Shown here: positions 1-7,476 of the stretch, one piece after another | Layout: every line of letters starts with the position of its first letter | Numbering within the stretch: position 1 is the first letter of the stretch | Assembly: GCA_031283025.1 (NCBI GenBank) | Contig: JAITCP010000157.1 | Span: 3,175 to 67,174, forward strand | From: Spirochaetaceae bacterium | Lineage (GTDB): Bacteria > Spirochaetota > Spirochaetia > Treponematales > Breznakiellaceae | Length of the DNA stretch: 64,000 bases | Direction of reading: 5' to 3' | Program-made: the position numbers and the translations under genes | Notes under the pieces: generated by a model | What the model saw: only the letters and a program-made list of their open reading frames with translations | What the model was told of the DNA's origin: nothing | Database searches by the model: none

Positions 1-335
1 GAACCCGCATTGTAATTGGTTCCCGTGCCGTCTGCCCTGGTGTTCCAGCCGCCGAAAGCGCAGCCGCTTTTGGTAAGCCCGCTGCCGCCGGGCAGGGTTA
101 CGCTCTCCCCTGCCTTAACCTTCTGCGCGGCGGGTGCCGGCCCCGTCCCGCCGTTGATGTGGTAGGTTACGGTTTTCGGGGCAAGCGGCTCCAGTAACTT
201 TGCCATTATGGGGTTTCCGCACGTGTTAAAGGCAAAGAGCAATGAACATAGAAATAGAATATGAAATAACCGGCGTACTACTAAGTGAAACGCGCTGGTT
301 TGGCTTATGTTACGTAAAGATAAATAATGGGACAT
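1..335 (-). CDS. Secreted/lipoprotein-like protein with Listeria-Bacteroides (InlB B-repeat / Flg_new type) repeat; N-terminal part only, 3' end runs off the window
   Basis: Absent from ORF track (no stop inside window). Own translation of minus strand from ATG 333-335: MSHYLSLRNISQTSAFHLVVRRLFHILFLCSLLFAFNTCGNPIMAKLLEPLAPKTVTYHINGGTGPAPAAQKVKAGESVTLPGGSGLTKSGCAFGGWNTRADGTGTNYNAG. GGAGGTG (345-351, minus) lies 9 nt upstream. Hydrophobic N-terminus ends in Cys. The Y..NGG...LP...G..F.GWNT..DG.G..Y pattern recurs 4x in the 13867-16479 protein. Confidence 0.6.
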   Translation of the reverse strand, partial: MSHYLSLRNISQTSAFHLVVRRLFHILFLCSLLFAFNTCGNPIMAKLLEPLAPKTVTYHINGGTGPAPAAQKVKAGESVTLPGGSGLTKSGCAFGGWNTRADGTGTNYNAG

Positions 336-342
336 CCTTAAT

Positions 343-606
343 TCACCTCCTGTAATTATCAATATAGCCGATACGATTGCCGTATTGGTCTTTCATTGTG
401 CCGTCGCTTTCTATGCGGCCAGTACGATTACCGTATTGGTCTTTCATTGTGCCGTCGCTTTCTATGCGGCCAGTACGGTTGCCGTATTGGTCTTTTATTG
501 TGCCATCGTTTTCTATACGGCTAATACGATTACCGTATTGGTCTTTTCTTGTGCCGTCATCTTCCAGACGGCCAATAAGATTGCCATACTGATCTTTAAT
601 GTTCAT
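343..606 (-). CDS. Small tandem-repeat protein (5 x 17-aa KDQYGNxxGRIExDGT units), function unknown
   Basis: ORF track 87 aa. Five tandem 17-aa units are encoded by 51-nt DNA repeats (ccgtattgg recurs at 380/431/482/533). The start overlaps the stop of the upstream TPR gene by 11 nt. Its stop sits 8 nt before the next gene's ATG, with that gene's RBS overlapping the stop. Confidence 0.6.
   Translation of the reverse strand: MNIKDQYGNLIGRLEDDGTRKDQYGNRISRIENDGTIKDQYGNRTGRIESDGTMKDQYGNRTGRIESDGTMKDQYGNRIGYIDNYRR
379..606. repeat. 51-nt tandem repeat x ~4.5 (coding)
   Basis: Period 51 nt, measured from recurring ccgtattgg (380, 431, 482, 533) and the degenerate ccatactga (584). Units 1 and 2 are nearly identical. 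Confidence 0.9.
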
Positions 607-1411
607 TGTCGTCTTTGCCCCCCGGTGTTTCCCTTTTTATCATTTCACGAATTTCATTCAGAGATGCCGTTATTTCATATAAAGATTCCTGAATTATTTC
701 TTGCTCGTCTTCTTTGTCATATAGCTCTGCATGGAGTTCTCCGTCGTTTTCATCACGTATTTTCAGGAGTTTAAAATTTTCCGGAGAGTCACGGGGACCA
801 ACAAGCAAACACTCACAATTGTCGATTATTTTGTTACAAATAACAAGGTATTGCTTATTATTTAATGTCAGCCAGTATCCCATTAAATTCATTATCTGCA
901 GAGTTGCTTTGGCTCCTTTATGTGCGGGGTCTAATTGCAAAGCCTTCTCCAAATCGGGACGTGCAAGTCTCTCCTGGCTTGTACGGCGGTATCCTTCACT
1001 GCGGCGATAGTAATATTCGGCATTATCCGGATCGTACAAAATCGCCTTACTAAAGTCGGTAATGGCGGAATCCCATTGCTCTTTCCTGTTATATGCAAGG
1101 CCGCGGTTATAATAAGTATCGGCATCGCTTGAGTTAAGCGCAATTGCCTTGCTATAGTCAGAAATTGCCGCATCTGTTTCCTGTGCATCTATCATCCGGC
1201 GTATGTCCGGCCTTCTTTTATACAGGCCGCCAAACGCTGCAGATACTCTCAACGACGCAAAGGCCGGGATGGACGCGGAGGATTCTATCTGTTTCTTCGC
1301 TTTACTGAAACATTCAAAGGCCTTCGCGTAATCACCGGTATCATATACGGCCTCGATCTGTTGGATCAGGCTGTCCGTCTCATTCTCTGTTGTTTTATCC
1401 ATCTCTGCCAT
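596..1411 (-). CDS. TPR-repeat protein with non-TPR C-terminal domain
   Basis: ORF track 271 aa. TPR-like helix pairs, e.g. AISDYSKAIALNSSDADTYYNRGLAYNRKEQWDSAITDFSKAILYDPDNAEYYYRRSEGY. The C-terminal ~90 aa (NKQYLVICNKIIDNCECLLVGPRDSPENFKLLKIRDENDGELH...) is not TPR-like. AGAGG sits upstream of the ATG. Confidence 0.8.
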   Translation of the reverse strand: MAEMDKTTENETDSLIQQIEAVYDTGDYAKAFECFSKAKKQIESSASIPAFASLRVSAAFGGLYKRRPDIRRMIDAQETDAAISDYSKAIALNSSDADTYYNRGLAYNRKEQWDSAITDFSKAILYDPDNAEYYYRRSEGYRRTSQERLARPDLEKALQLDPAHKGAKATLQIMNLMGYWLTLNNKQYLVICNKIIDNCECLLVGPRDSPENFKLLKIRDENDGELHAELYDKEDEQEIIQESLYEITASLNEIREMIKRETPGGKDDNEH

Positions 1412-1534
1412 AAAAACCTCTTTTAATAATTGCAGTAACGTTTATGCAGGCCGCTTGCCGTGCTTTTTTTCAAAGTCAAAGCCGGTAACTGAGTCATTGC
1501 CATAAAGGCTCCTGTTACCGGTTTAGCAGACACC

Positions 1535-1720
1535 TTACTTTCCCCTATAGTTGCTGCCGCTTGCCCATGCTTCATAGTTACCGCAAGTCTTACATCTCGT
1601 GTCAGACTTGCATTTTTGGTCACGGGTGCCTGAAGCCGGTGTAGTTTCCGACAGGTAACATTTGTCGCTTGGGTGGTCGTAGAAAGGACACGATCCCGGT
1701 ACGGCGCGTGGTCTGTTCAT
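1535..1720 (-). CDS. Small Cys-rich protein (61 aa), function unknown
   Basis: Lies inside ORF-track ORF 1535..1759. I prefer ATG 1720 (MNRPRAVPGSCPFYDHPSDKCYLSETTPASGTRDQKCKSDTRCKTCGNYEAWASGSNYRGK) because AGGAGG (1728-1733, minus) is 7 nt upstream. Confidence 0.5.
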   Translation of the reverse strand: MNRPRAVPGSCPFYDHPSDKCYLSETTPASGTRDQKCKSDTRCKTCGNYEAWASGSNYRGK

Positions 1721-1842
1721 GGTTATACCTCCTATGTTTTTTGCGTTTAATGCCCGCACGGCAAGTTTTTATGAAACAATTGTGCCTTGCAAACAAAGTA
1801 CACAAGGCAAAAACGGTACCTGACGCCGTTGCACAACCTTCG

Positions 1843-2511
1843 TTAAAAAAAGGGAAATCCAGAATTGCCGCATTTCTCCGCTTTAGCCATCTCAATAAGT
1901 CCCTTCGCGTTGGGGTCGTCTGGTTTGTATATAAACACTTTATTCCAATCTGCGATGGCTTCTTCACTTTTTCCTTTTTTATAATACGCAACGCCGCGTT
2001 CCATATAAGCGCGGCCAAGACCGACATTAGCAGCATTGTTATCCTGATTGTACTTCTTGTTGAGGCGGATCAGTTCCTCGAAGTCTGCGATAGCTTCGTC
2101 GAAATCACCGTTATCTAAATACGCATTACCTCTTTTTTTAAAGGCAAGAGGGTAATCCGGCTCATTTTTTATAGCCTTGCTATAGTCCGCAATAGCCCGG
2201 GATCGCTCTCCTTTGGATTCAGAAATCAGGCCCCTTATGTAATAGAAAATAGAAAGTTTGCTCTCTTCTGTACATTCCGCGATTGCCTTGTCAATGTCTT
2301 CTACTTTTATCCCCATAGACTCCGCCCTGTCTTTGGCTTCATTTGCCAACAATTGGGATGTCTGTTTATTCGCTGCCGTTATGGCAAGTTCTCGAACCTC
2401 TTGATTATCAGGCTGGAGTATCAGGGCAACTCCAAACATCTCGATTGCCTGTAGGTATTCTTCTTTGTTGAGAAACTTCTTACCTTCTCTCAAATAACCA
2501 TCAAAATCCAT
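1843..2511 (-). CDS. TPR-repeat protein
   Basis: ORF-track ORF 1843..2532. Start moved to ATG 2511 (MDFDGYLREGKKFLNKEEYLQAIEMF...), which is preceded by GGAGGA. TPR consensus is visible, e.g. AIADYSKAIKNEPDYPLAFKKRGNAYLDNGDFDEAIADFEELIRLN and RGVAYYKKGKSEEAIADWNKVFIYKPDDPNA. Confidence 0.8.
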   Translation of the reverse strand: MDFDGYLREGKKFLNKEEYLQAIEMFGVALILQPDNQEVRELAITAANKQTSQLLANEAKDRAESMGIKVEDIDKAIAECTEESKLSIFYYIRGLISESKGERSRAIADYSKAIKNEPDYPLAFKKRGNAYLDNGDFDEAIADFEELIRLNKKYNQDNNAANVGLGRAYMERGVAYYKKGKSEEAIADWNKVFIYKPDDPNAKGLIEMAKAEKCGNSGFPFF

Positions 2512-2891
2512 AAAAATCCTCCTTAAAAGCAAAACTTTCTAAACAGCCGGTGTGTGCCCATACAGGCGCATCCGGCAATTAATGCAAGCGATGGTGCTTC
2601 TGCGTTGCCATGACATCGTTTAAATTTTATGCGTATTCCAACTTCCGCATGATGGGCATTGCCCGCGTCCGCCCATAAAACATTTATGGCACGAATCACA
2701 GGCATAATTATCAATACCCTCGTACATTTTTCTTGCTGTCTCCCCAACGGCATTGTACAGGCTTTGGCCTGCACCCGTTCCTTCTTCATACTCTTTCATC
2801 TTTTCCCATTCATCAAATTCCATAAAACGCCCCTTTCGTAGTTTATCCTCATTGCGGAGTTTTTTATTTTATAAACAGCCGGTTTAACTTC
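2501..2891. repeat. Segmental duplication copy A (zinc-ribbon gene, flanks, RBS and first 3 codons of the downstream gene)
   Basis: Aligns by eye with 3441-3814 at roughly 90 percent identity, with one 18-nt indel (extra WEKMKE codons in copy A). Includes the hairpin gccggtgtgtgcccatacaggcgcatccggc. Confidence 0.9.
2620..2823 (-). CDS. Small zinc-ribbon protein, paralog A
   Basis: ORF track 67 aa: MEFDEWEKMKEYEEGTGAGQSLYNAVGETARKMYEGIDNYACDSCHKCFMGGRGQCPSCGSWNTHKI. Carries CxxCxxC...CxxC. Near-identical to the 3561..3746 product apart from a 6-aa indel. Confidence 0.65.
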   Translation of the reverse strand: MEFDEWEKMKEYEEGTGAGQSLYNAVGETARKMYEGIDNYACDSCHKCFMGGRGQCPSCGSWNTHKI

Positions 2892-2941
2892 ATACTTGTT
2901 ATATGCCGTTTTTTTGCGTATCTTCGGATCATGAATTCAGG

Positions 2942-3451
2942 TCATCGGCTTTGTCGGGTTTTTTTACTCCTTTCAGCCCTTTCAGCGGGAGTCATCCTCT
3001 TTAAATATTCAACGTCTTCCCGTGATATACCAGCAATCAAAATCATCCCAGAACAATAGCCAGCAATCTCACCTGGCTCTAGAACAAGTTGTACAAGATC
3101 ATCGTTTATATATTTTTTAACCAAATCTAATACAACTTGAGACAATTTGTATCTGTCACTACATTTGCTTAGAGGCCCCCTGATCACCCCCTTAGCACCA
3201 CTTCCTAGCGGAAAATCAGGTTCTGGTTCTTTTATAAACCAGAGTTCATAGCATGCAAAAAGTGATCCTGCTTTAGCCGGATACCCATACCCCGACGAAT
3301 CCACTACCCGATCTTGTTCCAGTGGAGACGCTGCTTCAAGGTCGTTCATTATTTTTTGGGCGATTTCTTGTGGGTTACAATAAGGCAAAACTTGACTTTC
3401 AAGCCTATTTTGCTCTTCTTGTAAATTTGACACCAATTTTTCAAAATCCAT
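2942..3451 (-). CDS. Hypothetical protein (169 aa)
   Basis: ORF-track ORF 2942..3655 is over-extended through the zinc-ribbon gene in another frame. ATG 3451 (MDFEKLVSNLQEEQNRLESQ...) has the same GGAGGA leader as gene 1843..2511. I recognise no family. Confidence 0.55.
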   Translation of the reverse strand: MDFEKLVSNLQEEQNRLESQVLPYCNPQEIAQKIMNDLEAASPLEQDRVVDSSGYGYPAKAGSLFACYELWFIKEPEPDFPLGSGAKGVIRGPLSKCSDRYKLSQVVLDLVKKYINDDLVQLVLEPGEIAGYCSGMILIAGISREDVEYLKRMTPAERAERSKKTRQSR

Positions 3452-3814
3452 AAAAATCCTCCTTAAAAAACAAAACTTTATCAACAGCCGGTGTGCGCCC
3501 ATACGGGCGCATCCGGCAATTAATGCAAGCGATGGTGTTTCTGCGTTGCCATGACACCATTTAAATTTTATGCGTATTCCAACTTCCGCATGATGGGCAT
3601 TGCCCGCGTCCGCCCATAAAACATTTATGACACGAATCACAGGCATAATTATCAATACCCTCGTACTGTTTTCTTACTGTCTCCCCAACGGCATCGTACA
3701 GGCTTTGGCATGCACCTCTTCCTTCTTCATATTCATCAAATTCCATAAAACGCTCCTTTCGTAGTTTATCCTCATTGCGGAGTTTTTTATTTTACAAACA
3801 GCCGGTTTAGCTTC
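3441..3814. repeat. Segmental duplication copy B
   Basis: See copy A. Shared ends: tcaaaatccataaaaatcctcc ... acaaacagccggtttagcttc. Confidence 0.9.
3561..3746 (-). CDS. Small zinc-ribbon protein, paralog B
   Basis: ORF track 61 aa: MEFDEYEEGRGACQSLYDAVGETVRKQYEGIDNYACDSCHKCFMGGRGQCPSCGSWNTHKI. Same Cys pattern as paralog A. Confidence 0.65.
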   Translation of the reverse strand: MEFDEYEEGRGACQSLYDAVGETVRKQYEGIDNYACDSCHKCFMGGRGQCPSCGSWNTHKI

Positions 3815-3873
3815 GCACGAAACCGTCCGGCGGCCTAACACAACAAATACATTTTTACCGCATTCCCTTTTTG

Positions 3874-5034
3874 CTAAAACCGCCGGCAGGCACGGACCGA
3901 ATATGTATTACTCTTCCTACCACCGTCATACGAATAGCCCCTCTGATTGCCGTCTTTAAACAATTGCGCCCATGCCGCATCCTCATTGTACTGTGTCGAA
4001 GACCAATACCACTCATCAGAAAAATTTCCCACATCTCTTATCATTTTTAGATTGATATACATCAAATCCAGTTCGTTCTTGCTGGGTAAAAACCAGTCCT
4101 GGTATCCTCCCAGGCTGAATTGCTGGCACATCATGGCCGCCCTGCAATTGGCCCTACTTGCTATCTGTGTATTTTCCCTGCCGCTGCCTATGCTGTCCTT
4201 AGTCCCGCTTATATCTGTGACACTTGACTGCCATTGCGTTTTGCCCAGGTCACGAGGCGCCGCCTCCAGATACCGCCAGTCGTCTGAGTTGTTTCCCTTG
4301 TCGTAGAAGACGATCCCTCCCGCCGGGCCCCTGTCGCCGATTTTGTAAGCTACAGGGGCTGAAGGAGTTGCCGGAGTGGCAGGCGCTTGAACTGGAGCAG
4401 GAGTCTGGGCAGGCGTAGTCTGCGCCGGAATAGGGGCTGGAACGGATGTTCTGCTCCCTCCTCCGCTTGTACCGGAGGCCGTGCCGCTGCCATAACCGGT
4501 AGCTTTGCTGTTCACCAGCGCTGTAACCGTGGGGCTGTTGGGGATGTTCCGGTTGAACTGGCCTTCAATCTGGGCGCTCTGCACATTCAATGCCCTGACC
4601 CGCAGGCGGTACAAATCGCCTATTCGGGAAACCGCGCCGGAAATAATGATCTGCGCCCCCACCATGCGGCCCAGGGATTGGGCGGTTGCGTCGTCTACCT
4701 CGCCGGACATCTGGAAATCCAGTTCCGCCCGGATAGTGTTAAGCTGCTGCCGGTCAACCACGGAAAAAATCCGGTCATTTACCGTGTTGGCGATAAGTTC
4801 GTCAATAATGTACTCCGACAGGGCCGGATAATCCGACTGAACGTTGAGGATCATCAGCTTGTTGCCCTTTGGAAGCTGCTTGTTAAGGTAATTCGATGTT
4901 TCCCTGACTGCCGCGTCCAACTCATCCGGCGGTGTAACGGTTTGTGCGGAGACGGGAGACGGACTGCCGCCGCAAGTTGAAAGAACGACACAGAATGCGG
5001 CGACCGCAAGAATAAAATGTTTTCCGTTTTTCAT
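3874..5034 (-). CDS. Lipoprotein: LpoB/FlgO-like N-domain, Pro/Ala/Thr linker, DUF1566 (Lcl C-terminal-like) domain
   Basis: ORF track 386 aa. Signal plus lipobox: MKNGKHFILAVAAFCVVLSTCGG. N-domain: LMILNVQSDYPALSEYIIDELIANTVNDRIFSVVDRQQLNTIRAELDFQMSGEVDD..AQIIISGAVSRIGDLYRLRVRALN. Linker: PAPIPAQTTPAQTPAPVQAPATPATPSAP. C-domain: GPAGGIVFYDKG..WRYLEAAP..GYQDWFLPSKNELDLMY..YWSST..VRACRRF. Confidence 0.8.
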   Translation of the reverse strand: MKNGKHFILAVAAFCVVLSTCGGSPSPVSAQTVTPPDELDAAVRETSNYLNKQLPKGNKLMILNVQSDYPALSEYIIDELIANTVNDRIFSVVDRQQLNTIRAELDFQMSGEVDDATAQSLGRMVGAQIIISGAVSRIGDLYRLRVRALNVQSAQIEGQFNRNIPNSPTVTALVNSKATGYGSGTASGTSGGGSRTSVPAPIPAQTTPAQTPAPVQAPATPATPSAPVAYKIGDRGPAGGIVFYDKGNNSDDWRYLEAAPRDLGKTQWQSSVTDISGTKDSIGSGRENTQIASRANCRAAMMCQQFSLGGYQDWFLPSKNELDLMYINLKMIRDVGNFSDEWYWSSTQYNEDAAWAQLFKDGNQRGYSYDGGRKSNTYSVRACRRF

Positions 5035-5123
5035 ACAATAAACTCCTTTTTTACGCCGCCGTAAGGCGGGCGGGCGACACCCGCAATATATAAAAAAATC
5101 TTTTGCGCCAACGGCGCATTATA

Positions 5124-5163
5124 TATTAGAGTTATTCAAAAACTTCAGTTTTTGAATAATTCT
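5124..5163. repeat. AAAAC-loop-GTTTT hairpin element, subtype 1 (reverse orientation)
   Basis: attagagttattcaaaaac ttca gtttttgaataattct, downstream of gene 5256..5855. Confidence 0.8.
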
Positions 5164-5255
5164 ATTCTTAAAAAATTAAGAATCATGTTGTTTAAGCCTC
5201 ATGGCATATTCCTCATTCCCCAGGAATTTCTCACAAAGGAGGGGTTTACATTTTT

Positions 5256-5855
5256 TTATGTTTCCTGTATTTTAATCGGCGGCTTTATAAATACATTGAA
5301 AACTTTGCTGTTGTTATTAATTTCAAACTCCAATTTATCATAGTCATTGTTAAAAGAAGCAGAAATTATATGTTTGCCGTTTTCAATTTTAATGATTTTT
5401 TCCTCACCATTTTCCAATTGAAAACTTTGATTATCAAGCCTTATATCAGCCAATAACGCCGATCCAATAACGCTCTTTAATCGAATAATTTTTATTTGGT
5501 TGTTTGGCAAAGGAATGACTGGATCACTTTTTTTGGATTCATTGTTTTTCCCTTCCCTTTGATTATCAACTGAAATATCATTTATTCCTAAATGCTTTTT
5601 TAACAATGCAGTTTGTTCTTCTGTGTTTTTTTCTATGCTAAGAATGGTTGTAATAAACCCTCCGCCAACAATATCTGTCAAAAGTCCGCAGAGTGAACCA
5701 ATTATTACCCCCAAAAAAGCATACTCGCCAGCCTTCCCATTTAACTGGCCAAGATAATAACCAACAATCCCTCCGGCGATGGCGGACAGAATCAAGTTAA
5801 TCCAAAGAATCACAACAATGCCATTACGAAAAGCCTTTTTTACAAAATCCAACAT
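5256..5855 (-). CDS. Small membrane protein (two Gly-rich TM helices plus soluble beta-rich C-domain)
   Basis: ORF-track ORF 5256..6008. Start moved to ATG 5855 (MLDFVKKAFRNGIVVILWINLILSAIAGGIVGYYLGQ...GVIIGSLCGLLTDIVGGGFITTIL), which has AAGGA 5 nt upstream. The extra N-terminal 51 codons run through a highly palindromic non-coding region. Confidence 0.6.
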   Translation of the reverse strand: MLDFVKKAFRNGIVVILWINLILSAIAGGIVGYYLGQLNGKAGEYAFLGVIIGSLCGLLTDIVGGGFITTILSIEKNTEEQTALLKKHLGINDISVDNQREGKNNESKKSDPVIPLPNNQIKIIRLKSVIGSALLADIRLDNQSFQLENGEEKIIKIENGKHIISASFNNDYDKLEFEINNNSKVFNVFIKPPIKIQET

Positions 5856-5890
5856 ACAATTCCTTTTACGTTTAAAGTCCGTTTGACTAT

Positions 5891-6039
5891 TAATTAGAGT
5901 TTGTCCATAATGTAGACACATTATGGACCCGGACTGGTAGTCCGCGACTGCCTTATAAATCACATTTTCGCAGCATAAAAGCTGCGAAAATGCAAGGTCT
6001 GGCCGCAAAGCAACCGACTTTTTGGACAGACACTAATTA
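5891..6039 (-). other. Highly structured leader/intergenic segment (17-nt inverted repeat enclosing three perfect hairpins)
   Basis: taattagagtttgtcca (5891-5907) vs tggacagacactaatta (6023-6039) pairs 15/17. Inner hairpins: gtccataatgt/acattatggac (5903-5928), ggact/agtcc (5931-5943), attttcgcagc/gctgcgaaaat (5964-5991). Confidence 0.5.
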
Positions 6040-6062
6040 GCGCCAACGGCGCATTTCATACC

Positions 6063-6872
6063 TTACTGCTTTACACCCCGGCGGAAATCAATGTCGGCTT
6101 TGCCGTTTGTAATCTGCACATTCTTGAACAGGAAGTGATCTTGATAAGGGCTCAAACCTATGGTTATGAAAGATAAGGCAGAAGTCCTTTCTTTGCCGTT
6201 GCCTAAATGAACCATAATATCCTTTGCTCCGGTAAAGGTGTAGGATATATATTTGTCACCTTCTTTCGGATAAATCTTGCCCGTTATGGTGCCGTTACTG
6301 ACGGTTAAGTTACGCAAAGGCGTATCCACTACAGCGGTAGCGGAGAGGCCCTTCCACCCAATATCAATTTCAGCCTCGCGTCCGTTGTACTCGGCGGGAA
6401 TATCGGTAACGGTTATGTAACCGGCCTTTGCCGCATTGTTCCACTGCACCGCCGCCACGCCGTTCTCGAATGTTACCGATTCGAAGACGGCATCGGTACC
6501 CATACTAAGCCCACCAGAAGTAGAATAGAAGCGGATTTCGATAGCGGGGACGGTATCATTGCCGGCGTAGCCATCGGGCTTGCTAAAGGGGTTGGACAAA
6601 AGCGATTTGGCATAATATATCAGCAGTTTGACTTCGCCATTCTTGACAGCCGTGTCTTCAACAGTAATATCGGATTTTTTCCCTTGGTTGTTGGTGACGG
6701 AGATACGGAATACATTCCATGAGACTAATTTGCCCTCGTACTCCGCAGGGATGCCGGTAATGGTCAAGGTTCCCGGGGGCGCTGTCTCGCCGCCGCCCAT
6801 ACTGGCGCATCCGATAAAAATACATACCGCTATAGTGAGCGGTAATCCGATTGTAAACAGTTTGTTTTTCAC
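6063..6872 (-). CDS. Lipoprotein with two internal repeats (GxxTxTxIPAEYxG...)
   Basis: ORF track 269 aa. Lipobox: MKNKLFTIGLPLTIAVCIFIGCASMGG. Duplicated motif GTLTITGIPAEYEGK / GYITVTDIPAEYNGRE. Family not recognised. Confidence 0.75.
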   Translation of the reverse strand: MKNKLFTIGLPLTIAVCIFIGCASMGGGETAPPGTLTITGIPAEYEGKLVSWNVFRISVTNNQGKKSDITVEDTAVKNGEVKLLIYYAKSLLSNPFSKPDGYAGNDTVPAIEIRFYSTSGGLSMGTDAVFESVTFENGVAAVQWNNAAKAGYITVTDIPAEYNGREAEIDIGWKGLSATAVVDTPLRNLTVSNGTITGKIYPKEGDKYISYTFTGAKDIMVHLGNGKERTSALSFITIGLSPYQDHFLFKNVQITNGKADIDFRRGVKQ

Positions 6873-6964
6873 AACTGTCTCCTTTTTCCGGCCTTAAAAC
6901 CGGGTAATTGTTTGCCGCCCATACGGGCAACAATAAACTCAGGCCCCAGTAAGAAGCCAATAGA

Positions 6965-6997
6965 CTTGTTCAAGAACCCGGTTGGTTCTTGAACAAG
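6965..6997. repeat. AAAAC-type hairpin element, subtype 3 (CGGTT loop)
   Basis: cttgttcaagaacc cggtt ggttcttgaacaag, perfect 14-bp stem. Confidence 0.8.
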
Positions 6998-7001
6998 TTA
7001 A

Positions 7002-7022
7002 GCAAAATACTGCGTATTTTGC
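7002..7022. repeat. Short perfect hairpin between two family elements
   Basis: gcaaaatac tgc gtattttgc. Confidence 0.6.
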
Positions 7023-7030
7023 AGTTTTTA

Positions 7031-7073
7031 ATAGGAAGTTGTTCAGAAACTGAAGTTTCTAAACAACTCTAAT
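7031..7073. repeat. AAAAC-loop-GTTTT hairpin element, subtype 1
   Basis: ataggaagttgttcagaaac tgaa gtttctaaacaactctaat. Confidence 0.8.
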
Positions 7074-7099
7074 GGTTTACAGTGTTAAATACCTCTGTT

Positions 7100-7264
7100 T
7101 CAGGATTTGAGCTTTGTGCCGCCGTCAGATGCCTTTTTTCGATTTTCACGGGTTACCGTAATAACTGTTTTGTTCCCGTGTTTTTCCGTATTAACCGCCT
7201 TTAGGCCAAGCTCTTTTAGGGCTATTTCCATAGGTTTGTAGCGGCCATTGTTGTAATATTTCAT
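7100..7264 (-). CDS. Possible small protein (54 aa), divergent from the XRE gene
   Basis: Below the ORF-track size cutoff. Own translation: MKYYNNGRYKPMEIALKELGLKAVNTEKHGNKTVITVTRENRKKASDGGTKLKS, stop TGA at 7100-7102. GGGAG lies 5 nt upstream of ATG 7264. Confidence 0.35.
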   Translation of the reverse strand: MKYYNNGRYKPMEIALKELGLKAVNTEKHGNKTVITVTRENRKKASDGGTKLKS

Positions 7265-7273
7265 AAAAACTCC

Positions 7274-7315
7274 CTTGCTATGCTATAATAGCATTAAATA
7301 TTCTATTATAGCAAG
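7274..7315. promoter_or_regulatory. Palindromic operator-like sites in the divergent XRE / small-ORF intergenic region
   Basis: cttgctat...atagcaag inverted repeat (7274-7281 / 7308-7315) enclosing tgctataatagca (7281-7293) and ctattatag (7303-7311). Related gctatttagc and atattatag occur at 7453-7474, just before the XRE ATG. Confidence 0.4.
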
Positions 7316-7476
7316 TAATTATGGTGAAAATCTAACTGAAAAAAATGACAAACCCCGCCGCAGAGCGGCTAAACTTGACCCATCAGGTAGTATGCAAAAC
7401 AACATATTAATGACGAAATACCGCATATTTGAGTATTTGTCAATTACAGTATGCTATTTAGCTCCATATTATAGTT

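Noticed and set aside
377-774. Plus-strand ORFs (71 and 129 aa) across the 51-nt repeats
   Set aside because: Same repeat artefact. The minus frame has proper start/stop coupling with both neighbours.
2523-2789. 88-aa ORF, and the matching N-terminal extension of ORF 2942..3655, reading the zinc-ribbon genes out of frame
   Set aside because: Both copies show an RBS-preceded MEFDE... zinc-ribbon frame. The substitutions between the two DNA copies preserve that frame's Cys pattern. The downstream genes have their own GGAGGA-ATG(MDF) starts.
5856-6008. N-terminal 51-codon extension of ORF 5256..6008
   Set aside because: It runs through a stack of perfect palindromes and has no RBS. The internal ATG 5855 has an RBS and starts directly at the TM region.
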